From: Pyrodictium delaneyi | GTDB lineage: Archaea > Thermoproteota > Thermoprotei_A > Sulfolobales > Pyrodictiaceae | Assembly: GCF_001412615.1 (NCBI RefSeq) | Contig: NZ_CP013011.1 | Location: forward strand, 1,410,001-1,442,000 | Direction: 5' to 3' | DNA length: 32,000 bases | Part shown: piece after piece, positions 1 to 9,354 of the stretch | How positions within the stretch are numbered: position 1 is the first letter of the stretch | Layout: each line of letters starts with the position of its first letter | Translations under genes and position numbers: made by a program | Notes under the pieces: generated by a model | Seen by the model: the letters and a program-made list of their open reading frames with translations, nothing else | Told to the model about the DNA's origin: nothing | Databases searched by the model: none

Positions 1-1
1 C

Positions 2-853
2 CGGGAGCTTATCCGCAACGGTGTCTCAGTAGTTATCGCTGAGCACCGTCTCTCACGGGTCGCGGGCCTCGCCTCAGAGATGCTCGTACTGAGTAGAGGC
101 AGGCTGGTGTTCCGCGGAAGCCCCGAGGAGGGGCTCGAGGTGGCTGAGCGTGTTGGCGCACGCCCTGTACGTGTCAGCGGTGTCTCGCTCGAGAAGCCAT
201 GTAGCTGTGTTGAAGGCGAGCCCGTAGCTGGGCTCAACAAGGTCTACGTGGGATATAGTGGCAGGCTTGTCCTCCAGGGACTGGACTTTGTTTGCCCTCG
301 TGGCTCGCTGATGGCAGTCGTTGGGCCTAACGGCTCTGGGAAGACTACTCTGTTGAAGTTGTTAGCCGGGCTCATGAGGCCTTGGAGGGGCCGCGTGTGG
401 TACAGCTGGGGCCGCTGGGACTGGAGAATGATAGGCTATGTTCCATCGTCGCCGTGGCTGTCGTTCCTCGAAGAGTCGGTGCTCGACGAAGTAGCCTCGG
501 TGGCACACCGTGCTGGCAGCACTACGCCCGTAGAGGATGCTATCGAGGCATTGGAGCTTCTCGGGCTAAGGGGCTATGAGGGCGAGAAGCCCTGGAGGCT
601 TAGCGGCGGCGAGATGGCTAGGCTAGCCGTGGCCCGGGCTATCGTGAAGAAGCCTAGGCTTCTCCTCCTGGACGAGCCTCTACGGGGCCAGGATAGACGT
701 AGTGCGGAGGCGGTTCTGGAGGCTGCCCGGCTTGTCGCCCGGCTTGGCGGCTGCTCGGTGGTTGTGACGCACGATCTCGAGTTCCTCTCGAAGTTTGACG
801 CTGTGTTTAGACTTGACAAGGGGTGCTACCTGGATTGGCCGAGCAGCTCGTGA
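2..853 (+). CDS. ECF/ABC-type transporter ATPase with two fused ABC domains; 5' end lies outside the window
   Basis: The frame of ORF 80..853 stays open to the window edge. The upstream residues RELIRNGVSVVIAEHRL...MLVLSRGRLVFRGSPEE look like the H-loop and tail of a preceding ABC domain. The second domain has Walker A GPNGSGKTT, signature LSGGE, Walker B LLLLDEP and H-loop VVTHD. The ATG at 80 is therefore internal. Confidence 0.85.
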   Translation, partial: RELIRNGVSVVIAEHRLSRVAGLASEMLVLSRGRLVFRGSPEEGLEVAERVGARPVRVSGVSLEKPCSCVEGEPVAGLNKVYVGYSGRLVLQGLDFVCPRGSLMAVVGPNGSGKTTLLKLLAGLMRPWRGRVWYSWGRWDWRMIGYVPSSPWLSFLEESVLDEVASVAHRAGSTTPVEDAIEALELLGLRGYEGEKPWRLSGGEMARLAVARAIVKKPRLLLLDEPLRGQDRRSAEAVLEAARLVARLGGCSVVVTHDLEFLSKFDAVFRLDKGCYLDWPSSS

Positions 854-1677
854 GGCTATCCCGTAGCTATGTAGCGCGTAGCCGGGGACCCTTAGCGAGG
901 CTGAGACCCGGCACGAGGTTAGCCTATGCTTTGCTCGTATCTGTGTCCAGTATAGTGTTTGGCCGTATAGAAGCTCTCGCCCTGCTAGCTGTTGCTGGTG
1001 TAGCGTTCTTCGCGGCATCGAGGCCGGGGCCGCGTAAAGTCGCCTCTGTGGCCCTCCTCGCCTCTATAGTAGTGTGGAGCATCATGGTCAGCCAGGCGCT
1101 GTTCTACCAGGGGACGCCGAGGACCCCAATAGCGGTCATAGTGCCCTCCAACACGCCTGTCATAGGCGCGCTAACGGGCGGCGTATACGTCTACTATGAA
1201 GGTGTCCTCTATGGTCTACGGCAGAGCCTCCGGGCACTAGCCTGCCTCTTTACGGGCGCGGGGCTCGCCGCATCTATGAGCGTACTAGACATCTATACAC
1301 TACTGGCCGGACACCGTAAGCTACTCGTCGTGCTCCTTGCCGCCCTCCGTGGACTCGAGAAGCTCCTAAGAGAATTAGAAGAGAGCTTAGCCTCAGCACG
1401 GCTCTCGGGGGCCCGACTAGGGCTCTCTAGGCTCCACCGGCTGGTACCACTAGTAGCAAGACGCATAGAATCCATGTCCGTGTCTGTCGCCCTAGCCATG
1501 GAGTACTCGACCCCGGTACGTGTGTACAGCGCGTGGAGCACGGTGGCTGTGCTGCTACTAGCAGCCACCATAGCACTTGCTCTGCTATACACTATCTACA
1601 TGCTATACTCGGTTGGCATCGTGCATGACTCATGGCTGCATCGGCTCTACGAGATATTGAGGCTCTGGATGGCATAG
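850..1677 (+). CDS. ECF transporter transmembrane (T) component, CbiQ/EcfT-like
   Basis: Hydrophobic multi-helix protein directly after the ATPase. The N-terminal pattern SYVARSRGPLARLRPGTRLAYALLV resembles the EcfT/CbiQ start. GTG at 850 overlaps the ATPase stop as GTGA (850-853). The track start GTG 823 is in the same frame, so the start is uncertain. Confidence 0.6.
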   Translation: MRLSRSYVARSRGPLARLRPGTRLAYALLVSVSSIVFGRIEALALLAVAGVAFFAASRPGPRKVASVALLASIVVWSIMVSQALFYQGTPRTPIAVIVPSNTPVIGALTGGVYVYYEGVLYGLRQSLRALACLFTGAGLAASMSVLDIYTLLAGHRKLLVVLLAALRGLEKLLRELEESLASARLSGARLGLSRLHRLVPLVARRIESMSVSVALAMEYSTPVRVYSAWSTVAVLLLAATIALALLYTIYMLYSVGIVHDSWLHRLYEILRLWMA

Positions 1678-1712
1678 GGGGACCTACCTGGAGGGGCCTT
1701 GAGGAGGGACAT

Positions 1713-2306
1713 TTATCCGCCGAAAACCTTGTTTATTCTGTCCTCTGTCTCCGCTATCTTCTCGACGAGAGGTTCCCTATGCTTAACCCTAGTGCTGAGC
1801 TCCTTTGCCTCGTGTAGCGCCTTTAGCGCTCCCTCTCTGTCCCCCTTCGCTAGGAGTATGCGTGACTCTAGCAGCTTGCTCCAGGCGTAAGTCTGCAAGT
1901 AGGGCTCCTTATCGCCCTTCATGAGTACAACCTGGGCCTTGGCTAGACTCTCGCAAGCCTTATCCAGTTCCCCCATGTTGTAGTAGATTGCTGCCTCTAC
2001 TAGGTATGCCTGGCCAACCTCTATTGTGCTTCCGGCATGCTCTGCGTGCCAGAGAGCTTCGCTAGCATAGGCGAGTGCCCTGTCGTAGTTGCCCTTATAG
2101 CTCTCAATGTTGGCAAGCCTCATCTTAATGAACGCGATTACCTCGTGTTTCTTCGGTGAGTCGCTCCACTTCTCTACCCTGCCGAGGAGCTGTAGTAGTT
2201 TCTCCTCAGCCTCACTATACCGGCCCCTCCTCTCGAGGCCCCAGACTATGCGTTTGAGCCTCCACGCCATGATTAGTGTCTTTAGCTTTACGAGAAGCCG
2301 GGACAA
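1713..2306 (-). CDS. TPR-like helical repeat protein, function unknown
   Basis: 197-aa ORF with a TTG start. Repeated Ala/Tyr/Leu helical-pair patterns are TPR-like (YDRALAYASEALWHAE, GQAYLVEAAIYYNMGELDKACESLAKA, GDREGALKALHEAKEL). No catalytic motif seen. Confidence 0.5.
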   Translation of the reverse strand: MSRLLVKLKTLIMAWRLKRIVWGLERRGRYSEAEEKLLQLLGRVEKWSDSPKKHEVIAFIKMRLANIESYKGNYDRALAYASEALWHAEHAGSTIEVGQAYLVEAAIYYNMGELDKACESLAKAQVVLMKGDKEPYLQTYAWSKLLESRILLAKGDREGALKALHEAKELSTRVKHREPLVEKIAETEDRINKVFGG

Positions 2307-2444
2307 CAGTTACCCTGTAATACAGTTATAGAGCAGCCCCGTATTTCTAGCCCAGCTGTAAGACATGTGCCTCTCTGCTCGCCATTGAGAAGGGGGACCA
2401 GGCAACCCCGGGAGAGGTAAAACACCGGGTACTGATTGTATGGG

Positions 2445-3980
2445 CTAGTCTAGGTACTCGTGGAGCCTGCCGGGTAGCTCCAGGTACTTCCACTCGAGAT
2501 ACTCTACCAGCGCCCTTGCCGTTGGCTGCTCCCCTAGGCTCCGCTCGACTAGCTCCTTTGGCGGGAAGGTTGCACCCCAGCGGTGTATCCGCTCCCTCAG
2601 CCACTCTCGTAGCCCTGCTAGGTCGAGGCCTGTTAGCAGCTCTGGAGTTTCACTCCATATCTTCCTCCATATCATGGCTGCTACCACGTTGCCGAGAGTG
2701 TACGTTGGGAAGTAGCCGAAACTGCCGTGGCTCCAGTGTATGTCCTGTAGCACGCCCTCACGGGGGCTGGGCGGCCTTACCCCAAGTAGTTCTTCCATCA
2801 TCGTGTCCCAGGCCTCTGGCAGCTCGTTGACAGTCATGCTGCCCTCTATCAGCTTCTTCTCGAGGGTGTAGCGTAGGTATATGTGGAGGTTGTATGTGAC
2901 CTCGTCGGCGTCTACTCTTATGAGATCCGGGCGGACAGTGTTGACATAGCGGTATAGCTCCTCGGGTGTCATGTCTACGCCTATGTACTCTTTGAGCCTC
3001 CGGCCGAGCAGCTTCATGAACCAGGGGCCGCGGCCTACTATGTTCTCCCAGAACCGCGACTGGCTCTCATGCACGCCCATGCTGGCGCCGCCGGCTATCG
3101 GGGTGCGGGCTAGCACCCGGTCTATCTGGAGCTGGTAGAGTGCGTGGCCGTACTCGTGTACTAGGCTGTAGACCGCCCTCTTTATATCGTGGCCCTCGTA
3201 CCTCACTGTTATCCTCACATCGTCTATGCCCAGATCCATCGTGAAGGGGTGAGCGGATTCGTCGAGCCTGCCGCGGCTCCATGGCCAGTTGAGGTCGTCG
3301 AGGAGCCTCTTCATCAGCGCCCTGGCCTTGTTGACGTCGTACTCCTTGTCCTCGAGGGGGTGGCGCTGGGGGTAGAAGCCGCCGGATAGTATCTTGTCGA
3401 GTACGCGGCGAGTCGCTGGCACTAGTTCGGAGAAGAGCGCGTCAAGGTCGCGGACCCGTAGCCCCTCCTCGTAGAGGTCTAGAAGCGCGTCGTAGGGGTG
3501 GTCCTCGTAGCCGAGTAGCTCGGCCTTCCGGCGCTGGATCTCCACTATTTCTTCAAGGTAGGGCTTGAAGAGCTTGAAGTCGGCTTTCTTCTTCGCCTCC
3601 CGCCAGACAACCGTGGCCTTGCTAGTCACTCTCGCCTCGCGGCGGGTTAGCTCCTCTGGTATAGCCTTGGCTATCCGTACCTCACGGCTGAGGACACGGA
3701 CGACACCGCGCTCGTAGATATTCAGACCGTCTATCTTCTTCTCGGCCTCTTGTAGGAGCTTCTCTAGCTCTGGGTCGAGGAGTAGCCGGTGGCGGAGACC
3801 CTCTAGCTCCTCGGCTGCCGCGGAGCGGTCGCTTATGCCCTCGCGCGGCATGTAGGTCTCCAGATCCCAACCCATGAGGCCCATGGCGTGGTCTAGGGCC
3901 CATAGGAGCCTATACTTGGCTAGGATCTTCTTCACCGTCTCGTCACGGAACGGTGACTCCACTTGTACGACCTCATTCAT
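2445..3980 (-). CDS. M32 metallocarboxypeptidase (carboxypeptidase Taq / thermostable carboxypeptidase 1 family)
   Basis: Carries HEYGHALY (HExxH), HESQSRFWEN, IRVDADEVTYNLHI and DIHWSHGSFGYFPTYTLGN, all characteristic M32 blocks. Length is 511 aa. Confidence 0.9.
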   Translation of the reverse strand: MNEVVQVESPFRDETVKKILAKYRLLWALDHAMGLMGWDLETYMPREGISDRSAAAEELEGLRHRLLLDPELEKLLQEAEKKIDGLNIYERGVVRVLSREVRIAKAIPEELTRREARVTSKATVVWREAKKKADFKLFKPYLEEIVEIQRRKAELLGYEDHPYDALLDLYEEGLRVRDLDALFSELVPATRRVLDKILSGGFYPQRHPLEDKEYDVNKARALMKRLLDDLNWPWSRGRLDESAHPFTMDLGIDDVRITVRYEGHDIKRAVYSLVHEYGHALYQLQIDRVLARTPIAGGASMGVHESQSRFWENIVGRGPWFMKLLGRRLKEYIGVDMTPEELYRYVNTVRPDLIRVDADEVTYNLHIYLRYTLEKKLIEGSMTVNELPEAWDTMMEELLGVRPPSPREGVLQDIHWSHGSFGYFPTYTLGNVVAAMIWRKIWSETPELLTGLDLAGLREWLRERIHRWGATFPPKELVERSLGEQPTARALVEYLEWKYLELPGRLHEYLD

Positions 3981-4144
3981 AGCTTTTTACATCCCTCCAG
4001 AATAGTGTTCGGCAGCCCTACTCCGAGTTGAAGAGCCGTGTACGCAGCAGCTTGGATTATTCCGTGTTTCGTCGCCGCCTACGTCTAGGGGAGCGATAAT
4101 TTAGGGGCATACCGGCTGGCTTAGCACCGAGGTCTGGTAGCGCC

Positions 4145-5509
4145 TTGCGCGGTAAGAAGCTATATGTTGTACTAGCCCTGGCTGTTGTAGCAGCCGTTGT
4201 GGCCGGATACTTTCTCTACACGAAGAGTAGTGGGGGCAAAACCCTAGAGACAAGCAGTGCGGGCGGTGCTGAGGAGTGTAGTCAAGGCCCTGCAGTAATG
4301 GTTGTCTACCAGAAGGGGCAGGAAGACTTAGCAATGATTATCAAGGAGATGCTCAAACAGCAGCTCTTCGGGCATGTGCCCCAGGAGACTAAGTTCTGTA
4401 GTGCTAGCGTGGACGAGACCGGGCTCCAGGGGCTACGAGTCTACCCCGCGATACTAGTCCGAGCCGAGAACGTGAGCACTATACTTGCCCGTGTCCTGCT
4501 CAACGAGACTGTGGGGGACGGCTGGAAGCCTATGAGGTACGACTATACCGCGGCGTTCGACACACAGTTAGCTATGCAGTTCCACCTACCCATGCCTGTC
4601 TACAAGTATAGCGCTAAGCTGATCGTTGTAGAGGGCTCGACGCCCTACACCAGCGTAAACAGGACAATGATGGAGCCGGGTAGCCGGGTACTCGCCCTAA
4701 TGTCTGCAATATTCGTAGCTAACATAACTAGTGTAGAATATACTAAGGAGCCTCCGGCGGGTGTCAGCCCCTCTAGCCTACCCGTAGCCTATGCAGTATC
4801 CAAGGATCCTCTAGACGAGGGTGTCCCAGGGCTACGGAAGATCGGAGACTACACCTATGAACCTGTAGACCTAGATATGGCTGATGTATTTCTCAACCTA
4901 GGCGCAGCCAAGGCCGTCGAGAAGACTGGACAGCCACCCGCGATACAAGGCCACCCGGCAGTAGGCAACGGAAAGATACATATAGCGATCTACGAGGATC
5001 TTGCATGCCCATACTGTGTCAAGTTCTATAACGACACCTTCCCAGCCATAAAGGAGATGATCGACGAGGGTAAGGTGACTTTCCACATCACCGACCTCGT
5101 AGTACACACTAATGCTAACGTGACTAACCTCCATAAGCTGCTGCTATGCTACTACAACGCGACTGGTAACGCCGAGGCGTACCTAGAGGCGATAATACGC
5201 GTATACCACCAGGTTGGCATGCTATACAAGGAGGCCGAGGCAGGCAACATAACTTCTATGACAGAGTTCTACAACAAGATGGGTCGAATACTTGAAGAGG
5301 AGAAGACAAGGCTCGGCGTAGACTACAATTGTACAGCCGCAGAGCTGGTAGAAAAGGCGACCCACGAGGCCATGAAGGCTGGGCTACGTGGCACTCCGAG
5401 CTTCGCGATATGGGTCGATGGCAGCGACAAGGTTCTCTACGTAACGGGGTACCACGACGCTGAGTTCTTCAAGAAGCTTGTAGAGGCTCTAGAGCAGCAG
5501 GCAGGGTAA
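4145..5509 (+). CDS. membrane-anchored extracytoplasmic thiol:disulfide oxidoreductase (DsbA-like thioredoxin fold) with an unknown N-terminal domain
   Basis: TTG start, with an N-terminal anchor KKLYVVLALAVVAAVVAGYFLY. The C-terminal domain has CPYC followed later by GTPSFAIWVDG (cis-Pro loop-like). About nine N-x-S/T sequons are present. Confidence 0.7.
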   Translation: MRGKKLYVVLALAVVAAVVAGYFLYTKSSGGKTLETSSAGGAEECSQGPAVMVVYQKGQEDLAMIIKEMLKQQLFGHVPQETKFCSASVDETGLQGLRVYPAILVRAENVSTILARVLLNETVGDGWKPMRYDYTAAFDTQLAMQFHLPMPVYKYSAKLIVVEGSTPYTSVNRTMMEPGSRVLALMSAIFVANITSVEYTKEPPAGVSPSSLPVAYAVSKDPLDEGVPGLRKIGDYTYEPVDLDMADVFLNLGAAKAVEKTGQPPAIQGHPAVGNGKIHIAIYEDLACPYCVKFYNDTFPAIKEMIDEGKVTFHITDLVVHTNANVTNLHKLLLCYYNATGNAEAYLEAIIRVYHQVGMLYKEAEAGNITSMTEFYNKMGRILEEEKTRLGVDYNCTAAELVEKATHEAMKAGLRGTPSFAIWVDGSDKVLYVTGYHDAEFFKKLVEALEQQAG

Positions 5510-5577
5510 ACGCCAGGAGAAGACTCTGATACCCGACTCCCTGGTCGTATTTTCACTCTCGAGCCCCAGAGCATATC

Positions 5578-6597
5578 TTAGCTGTAGGCCACCTTGCCGT
5601 AAGGAGTATCAAGCAATATTCTAGCCCCGTCTCTACCCTGTTCTATCAGGCCAAGCACGTGTGGCTTGTGTCCATGCTTCTCTGCTAGGTCTAGCAACTC
5701 GTCCACGCTCTCCCTCGGGGCTGCAACTACCAGGCCTATCCCCATATTCCATACACGGTATGCCTCGCTAGGCTCCACGTTGCCCGCCTCCATTAGTACC
5801 TGGAAGATCCTCGGAGGCTTTGGCATCTTCATGACCGCCGTTGCCCCGGATGGTAGAATCCTCTTCATCTTAGTGAAGGCTCCGCCGGTGATGTGAGCTG
5901 CTGCTATTACTAAGCCTTGGCTCCATGCCTCGAGGAGAAACCCGGTGTAATCTTTTACCGGCTTGGATAGCTCCTCGGCTAGGTCTAGGCCCTCGATCTC
6001 CGCCGTGTAGCCGCCTAACCGCTCCTCGATTATCCTCCTAGCTAGGCTGTAGCCGTTAGCGTGCAATCCGCTGCTCTCGAGCCCAACCAGCACGTCGCCT
6101 GGGCGGGCGCGGTTGCCCCGCCAGCCAGGCTCTCGCACAGCCAGGATGGTGCAGACAACATCCACCCCCTGAGCTAGGCCTGGGAGTATCGCCGTCTCGC
6201 CGCCGAGGAGAACGGCGCCTGTGGCGGCTGCAGCCTCTCTGATGCCCTCGAGTATCTCGCGGAATATCGCCTCGTCAGCCCGGGGCATTGCGATATAGTC
6301 TACTAGGGCTAGAGGTCTGGCCGCGTCGCACGCGACGTCATTGGTGTTCATCACTACGCAGTCCCAGCCGGCTACACGTAGCCTGCCGAGCTTCTCTAGC
6401 ACGAGCGTCTTGGTGCCCACTCCGTCCACGTGTAGGATGAGTTCTAGCCCTGCTAGCTCCACGGAGGAGGTATAGGCTTCTCGGCGGCCAGCTAGCAGCC
6501 TGGAGGCGAGAGTATGCAGCGCTTCGCTCGCGTCGAGGTCTACTCCAGCGTCTCGGTAGCTTAGGCTTGTCTCCGCGGTACTCCTATTCCGGGCCAA
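5578..6597 (-). CDS. purM: phosphoribosylformylglycinamidine cyclo-ligase (AIR synthetase)
   Basis: Carries YRDAGVDLD and the DGVGTK motif, has PurM-like length (339 aa) and a TTG start. Confidence 0.9.
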   Translation of the reverse strand: MARNRSTAETSLSYRDAGVDLDASEALHTLASRLLAGRREAYTSSVELAGLELILHVDGVGTKTLVLEKLGRLRVAGWDCVVMNTNDVACDAARPLALVDYIAMPRADEAIFREILEGIREAAAATGAVLLGGETAILPGLAQGVDVVCTILAVREPGWRGNRARPGDVLVGLESSGLHANGYSLARRIIEERLGGYTAEIEGLDLAEELSKPVKDYTGFLLEAWSQGLVIAAAHITGGAFTKMKRILPSGATAVMKMPKPPRIFQVLMEAGNVEPSEAYRVWNMGIGLVVAAPRESVDELLDLAEKHGHKPHVLGLIEQGRDGARILLDTPYGKVAYS

Positions 6598-6704
6598 GGG
6601 GGACCTATACCCTGCAGGGAGGGTCGCGTCGGGCGGACATTAAGCTATTCTCCCTCAGCCCAAGTAGATTCTAGGACGGGGAGTAGAGGGGCTCTAGGAG
6701 GATC

Positions 6705-7859
6705 ATGCCCCGCTGTGCCCTCTGTGGCAGAGAAGCCCTCGTCTCAGAGTCCATCGGTGTATGTGCTCAGTGTCTCCGTGAGAGGCCAGAGGAGGCCCTC
6801 CCGGTAGCCCGTAGGAGGCATCAAGAGTGGAGGATCCGCTATGGGCTCCCGCCTGTGGCTCCCCGCGACCCGGAGGGGCTTCCGTGCAGGCTCTGCGTTA
6901 ACGAGTGCCGTATTCCCCGCGGAGGCCGGGGGTATTGCGGGGTATGGGTTAACCGAGGTGGACGCCTAGAGCCCCTAGCGGGGCCTGGCCAGCTCCTATT
7001 GTTCACATACTTAGATCCTCACCCAACTAATTGTGTAGCTGAGCCAGTGTGCCCTGCAGCTACGAGCCGTGGTTATCCACAGTACACGTTTACCCGGGGT
7101 GTCGAGAAGGGTTTCTACAATCTTGCAGTGTTTGCGGGTGGGTGTCCGCTCGACTGCGTATTCTGCCAGAATCCTGAACACAAGGCTATGGCGGCCCGGG
7201 GCCGGGTAGAGCCGCGGTACGTGAAGAGCCTCGGAGAGTTCGTCGACGAGGCGCTGGATACGAGGGTTACCTGTGTATGCTTCTTCGGCGGTGACCCCAC
7301 CCCGCAGATGCCCATGCTGATAAGTGTTGCCCGCAGAGCGCTTGAGCGGGCTAGGGGCCGGGGCCTACCGCTGAGGGTATGCTGGGAAACCGACGGCCTA
7401 GCCAACCCTGCCGTGTTCCGTGAGGCGGCCCGGCTCAGCCTAGAGAGCGGCGGCATTGTAAAGGTTGACTGGAAGGCCTGGAGCCCCGGGATATACGAGG
7501 CCTTAACAGGTGTAGACGGCCAAAAAGCTGTAAGGAGACTCATGGCTAATACTAGGATCGTTGCAGAGATGGCCGTGGAGAGGCCGGAGCCCCCGCTCCT
7601 CGTGGTCAGCATGCTCCTAGTCCCAGGCTACGTCGACGCCGAGGAAGTCAGAGGCGTGGCAGGCTACATAGCGGGCCTCATGGATGAGTACAGCGTGAAC
7701 ATCCCTATGGTGTTGCTGGCCTTCCACCCGGACCACCGGATGCGGGACCTCCCGCCCACGAGCCGTCGCCACGCCCTAGAGGCCCGGAGGGCAGCGCTAG
7801 AGGCTGGGATATGGGAGGTCTATCTGGGCAACGTCTGGCTCCTCGGAGACTACTACTGA
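6705..7859 (+). CDS. radical SAM protein, pyruvate formate-lyase activase-like / AmmeMemoRadiSam-like architecture
   Basis: CPLDCVFCQN is a CxxxCxxC motif. N-terminal Cys pairs CALCG...CAQC and CRLCVNECRIPRGGRGYCGV are present. A GGAGG lies 5-9 nt upstream of the ATG. Confidence 0.75.
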   Translation: MPRCALCGREALVSESIGVCAQCLRERPEEALPVARRRHQEWRIRYGLPPVAPRDPEGLPCRLCVNECRIPRGGRGYCGVWVNRGGRLEPLAGPGQLLLFTYLDPHPTNCVAEPVCPAATSRGYPQYTFTRGVEKGFYNLAVFAGGCPLDCVFCQNPEHKAMAARGRVEPRYVKSLGEFVDEALDTRVTCVCFFGGDPTPQMPMLISVARRALERARGRGLPLRVCWETDGLANPAVFREAARLSLESGGIVKVDWKAWSPGIYEALTGVDGQKAVRRLMANTRIVAEMAVERPEPPLLVVSMLLVPGYVDAEEVRGVAGYIAGLMDEYSVNIPMVLLAFHPDHRMRDLPPTSRRHALEARRAALEAGIWEVYLGNVWLLGDYY

Positions 7860-8050
7860 CGCCGCAGCTCGGGTTGCAGCTGTACCGGCGCTGACTAGGG
7901 AACCTCAGTGCCTCCCGGCTAGCGTTGATAGCTGTTATGTTCTGGCCACACCCATCTAGCAGCAGTATATCCTACCCATGAACTAGTAATAGTTGCGGCA
8001 CTCGAGACCCGCATGCCGAGAAGTGAAGGTGTGCTGCATGCGTGTCCCCT

Positions 8051-9286
8051 CTAGGCATTGCGTGGTATTATCTTCAGCTTCTTTGCTGCTTGCCGAACTT
8101 TCTCACGGGCCTCTTCTACAGTCTCGGCGCGGGCTAGTACCACTGCCATGCGGCGGCCCGGGTAGGTCCTAGGCTTGCCGAACCAACGCAGCTCTATGCC
8201 TTGCTCAATTAGGGCCTGGTAGGCGCCGCTGAGTACCGGGTACCACTCGTCCTCGAGGTCTGTGTACACTGCTATGCTGGCTGCGGGGGTTAGGATCCTG
8301 GGCCTGGGGACTGGTAGGCCTACAGCTGCGCGTATGTGGGCCTGGAACTCGCTGATATCCTGGCTGGCCAGCGTGACTAGGCCCGTGTCGTGGGGCCTGG
8401 GTGCTACCTCGCTGAAGAGGAGCCGGCCGTCCCTGGTCTGTAGGAGCTCGACGCCAAATACCCCGACACCGCCTAGGGCTTCTGCCACTCGAAGCGCTAT
8501 CTCGCGGGCCCGCTGGAGCAAGTCGCGGGGCCTGGTGCTGGGCTGCCAGGACTCTATGTAGTGGTACTCGCCGTACCTCCAGTGCTCGACCGGCTCCATA
8601 GTGTCCGTTCTCACCTTGTCGCCGTCGAGCCACCTGTAGGCGAGCACCGTGTATTCCGTCTCTAGCTCTACGTACTCCTCCACTATGACGCGGCGGCTTG
8701 CACCCCGAGCGTGGCTTATCGACTCCATGTAGGCCTTCTCGACCGCCCAGCGGCTGGGCTCCGTAACCTTCACGTGGCCGTGGCCGCTACTGCTCATCTC
8801 CGGCTTGATTAGGCAGGGGTAGCCGACCTTCTCGCAGGCTTCGTAGGCTTCTTCCGGCGTCTCGGCGAAGGCGTACCTGGTGGTGGGTAGGCCTAGCTCC
8901 TCGGCTGCCCAGCGCCGCAGCTCTATACGGTTCATCGCAGTCTTGACTGCGCGCGCGTTGGGCACTATGTGGTAGCCCTTCTCCTCGAGCCTCTCCAGCG
9001 CCTCGGTGTTGACGGCCTCTATCTCGGGTATCACTGCTACTGGGTTCTCGCGCTCCACGATGGCCTCTACCGCGCCAGCGTCGAGCATATTCACGACATA
9101 ACGGCGATGGGCTACGTGCATCGCCGGGGCCCAGTCGTAGCGGTCGACCACGACAACCTCTAGGCCGAGCCGTTGCGCCTCTATCGCGACCTCTTTGCCT
9201 AGCTCGCCCCCACCCAGTAGGAGCACCTTTGCTGCTCCTGGGCCCAGGGGTGTAGGTATACGGTCCATCCTAGGGGGTATGCCCAC
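8051..9286 (-). CDS. purT: formate-dependent phosphoribosylglycinamide formyltransferase (GAR transformylase 2)
   Basis: The N-terminus KVLLLGGGELGKEVAIEAQRLGLEVVVVDRY and the ATP-grasp block KPEMSSSGHGHV fit PurT. The in-frame ATG at 9268 (MDRIPTPLGPGAAKV) is an equally plausible start. Confidence 0.88.
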   Translation of the reverse strand: MGIPPRMDRIPTPLGPGAAKVLLLGGGELGKEVAIEAQRLGLEVVVVDRYDWAPAMHVAHRRYVVNMLDAGAVEAIVERENPVAVIPEIEAVNTEALERLEEKGYHIVPNARAVKTAMNRIELRRWAAEELGLPTTRYAFAETPEEAYEACEKVGYPCLIKPEMSSSGHGHVKVTEPSRWAVEKAYMESISHARGASRRVIVEEYVELETEYTVLAYRWLDGDKVRTDTMEPVEHWRYGEYHYIESWQPSTRPRDLLQRAREIALRVAEALGGVGVFGVELLQTRDGRLLFSEVAPRPHDTGLVTLASQDISEFQAHIRAAVGLPVPRPRILTPAASIAVYTDLEDEWYPVLSGAYQALIEQGIELRWFGKPRTYPGRRMAVVLARAETVEEAREKVRQAAKKLKIIPRNA

Positions 9287-9354
9287 GGCTCATACACCTT
9301 ACAAGGGTTGTGGAACCGAACAAGGTAGGGATTTGACCCGAAGAAACGTGGGGC

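Noticed and set aside
382-1018. Small ORFs overlapping the ABC ATPase gene (382..579, 574..819, 680..1018)
   Set aside because: They overlap a strongly supported ABC domain in other frames or on the other strand, and have no independent features.
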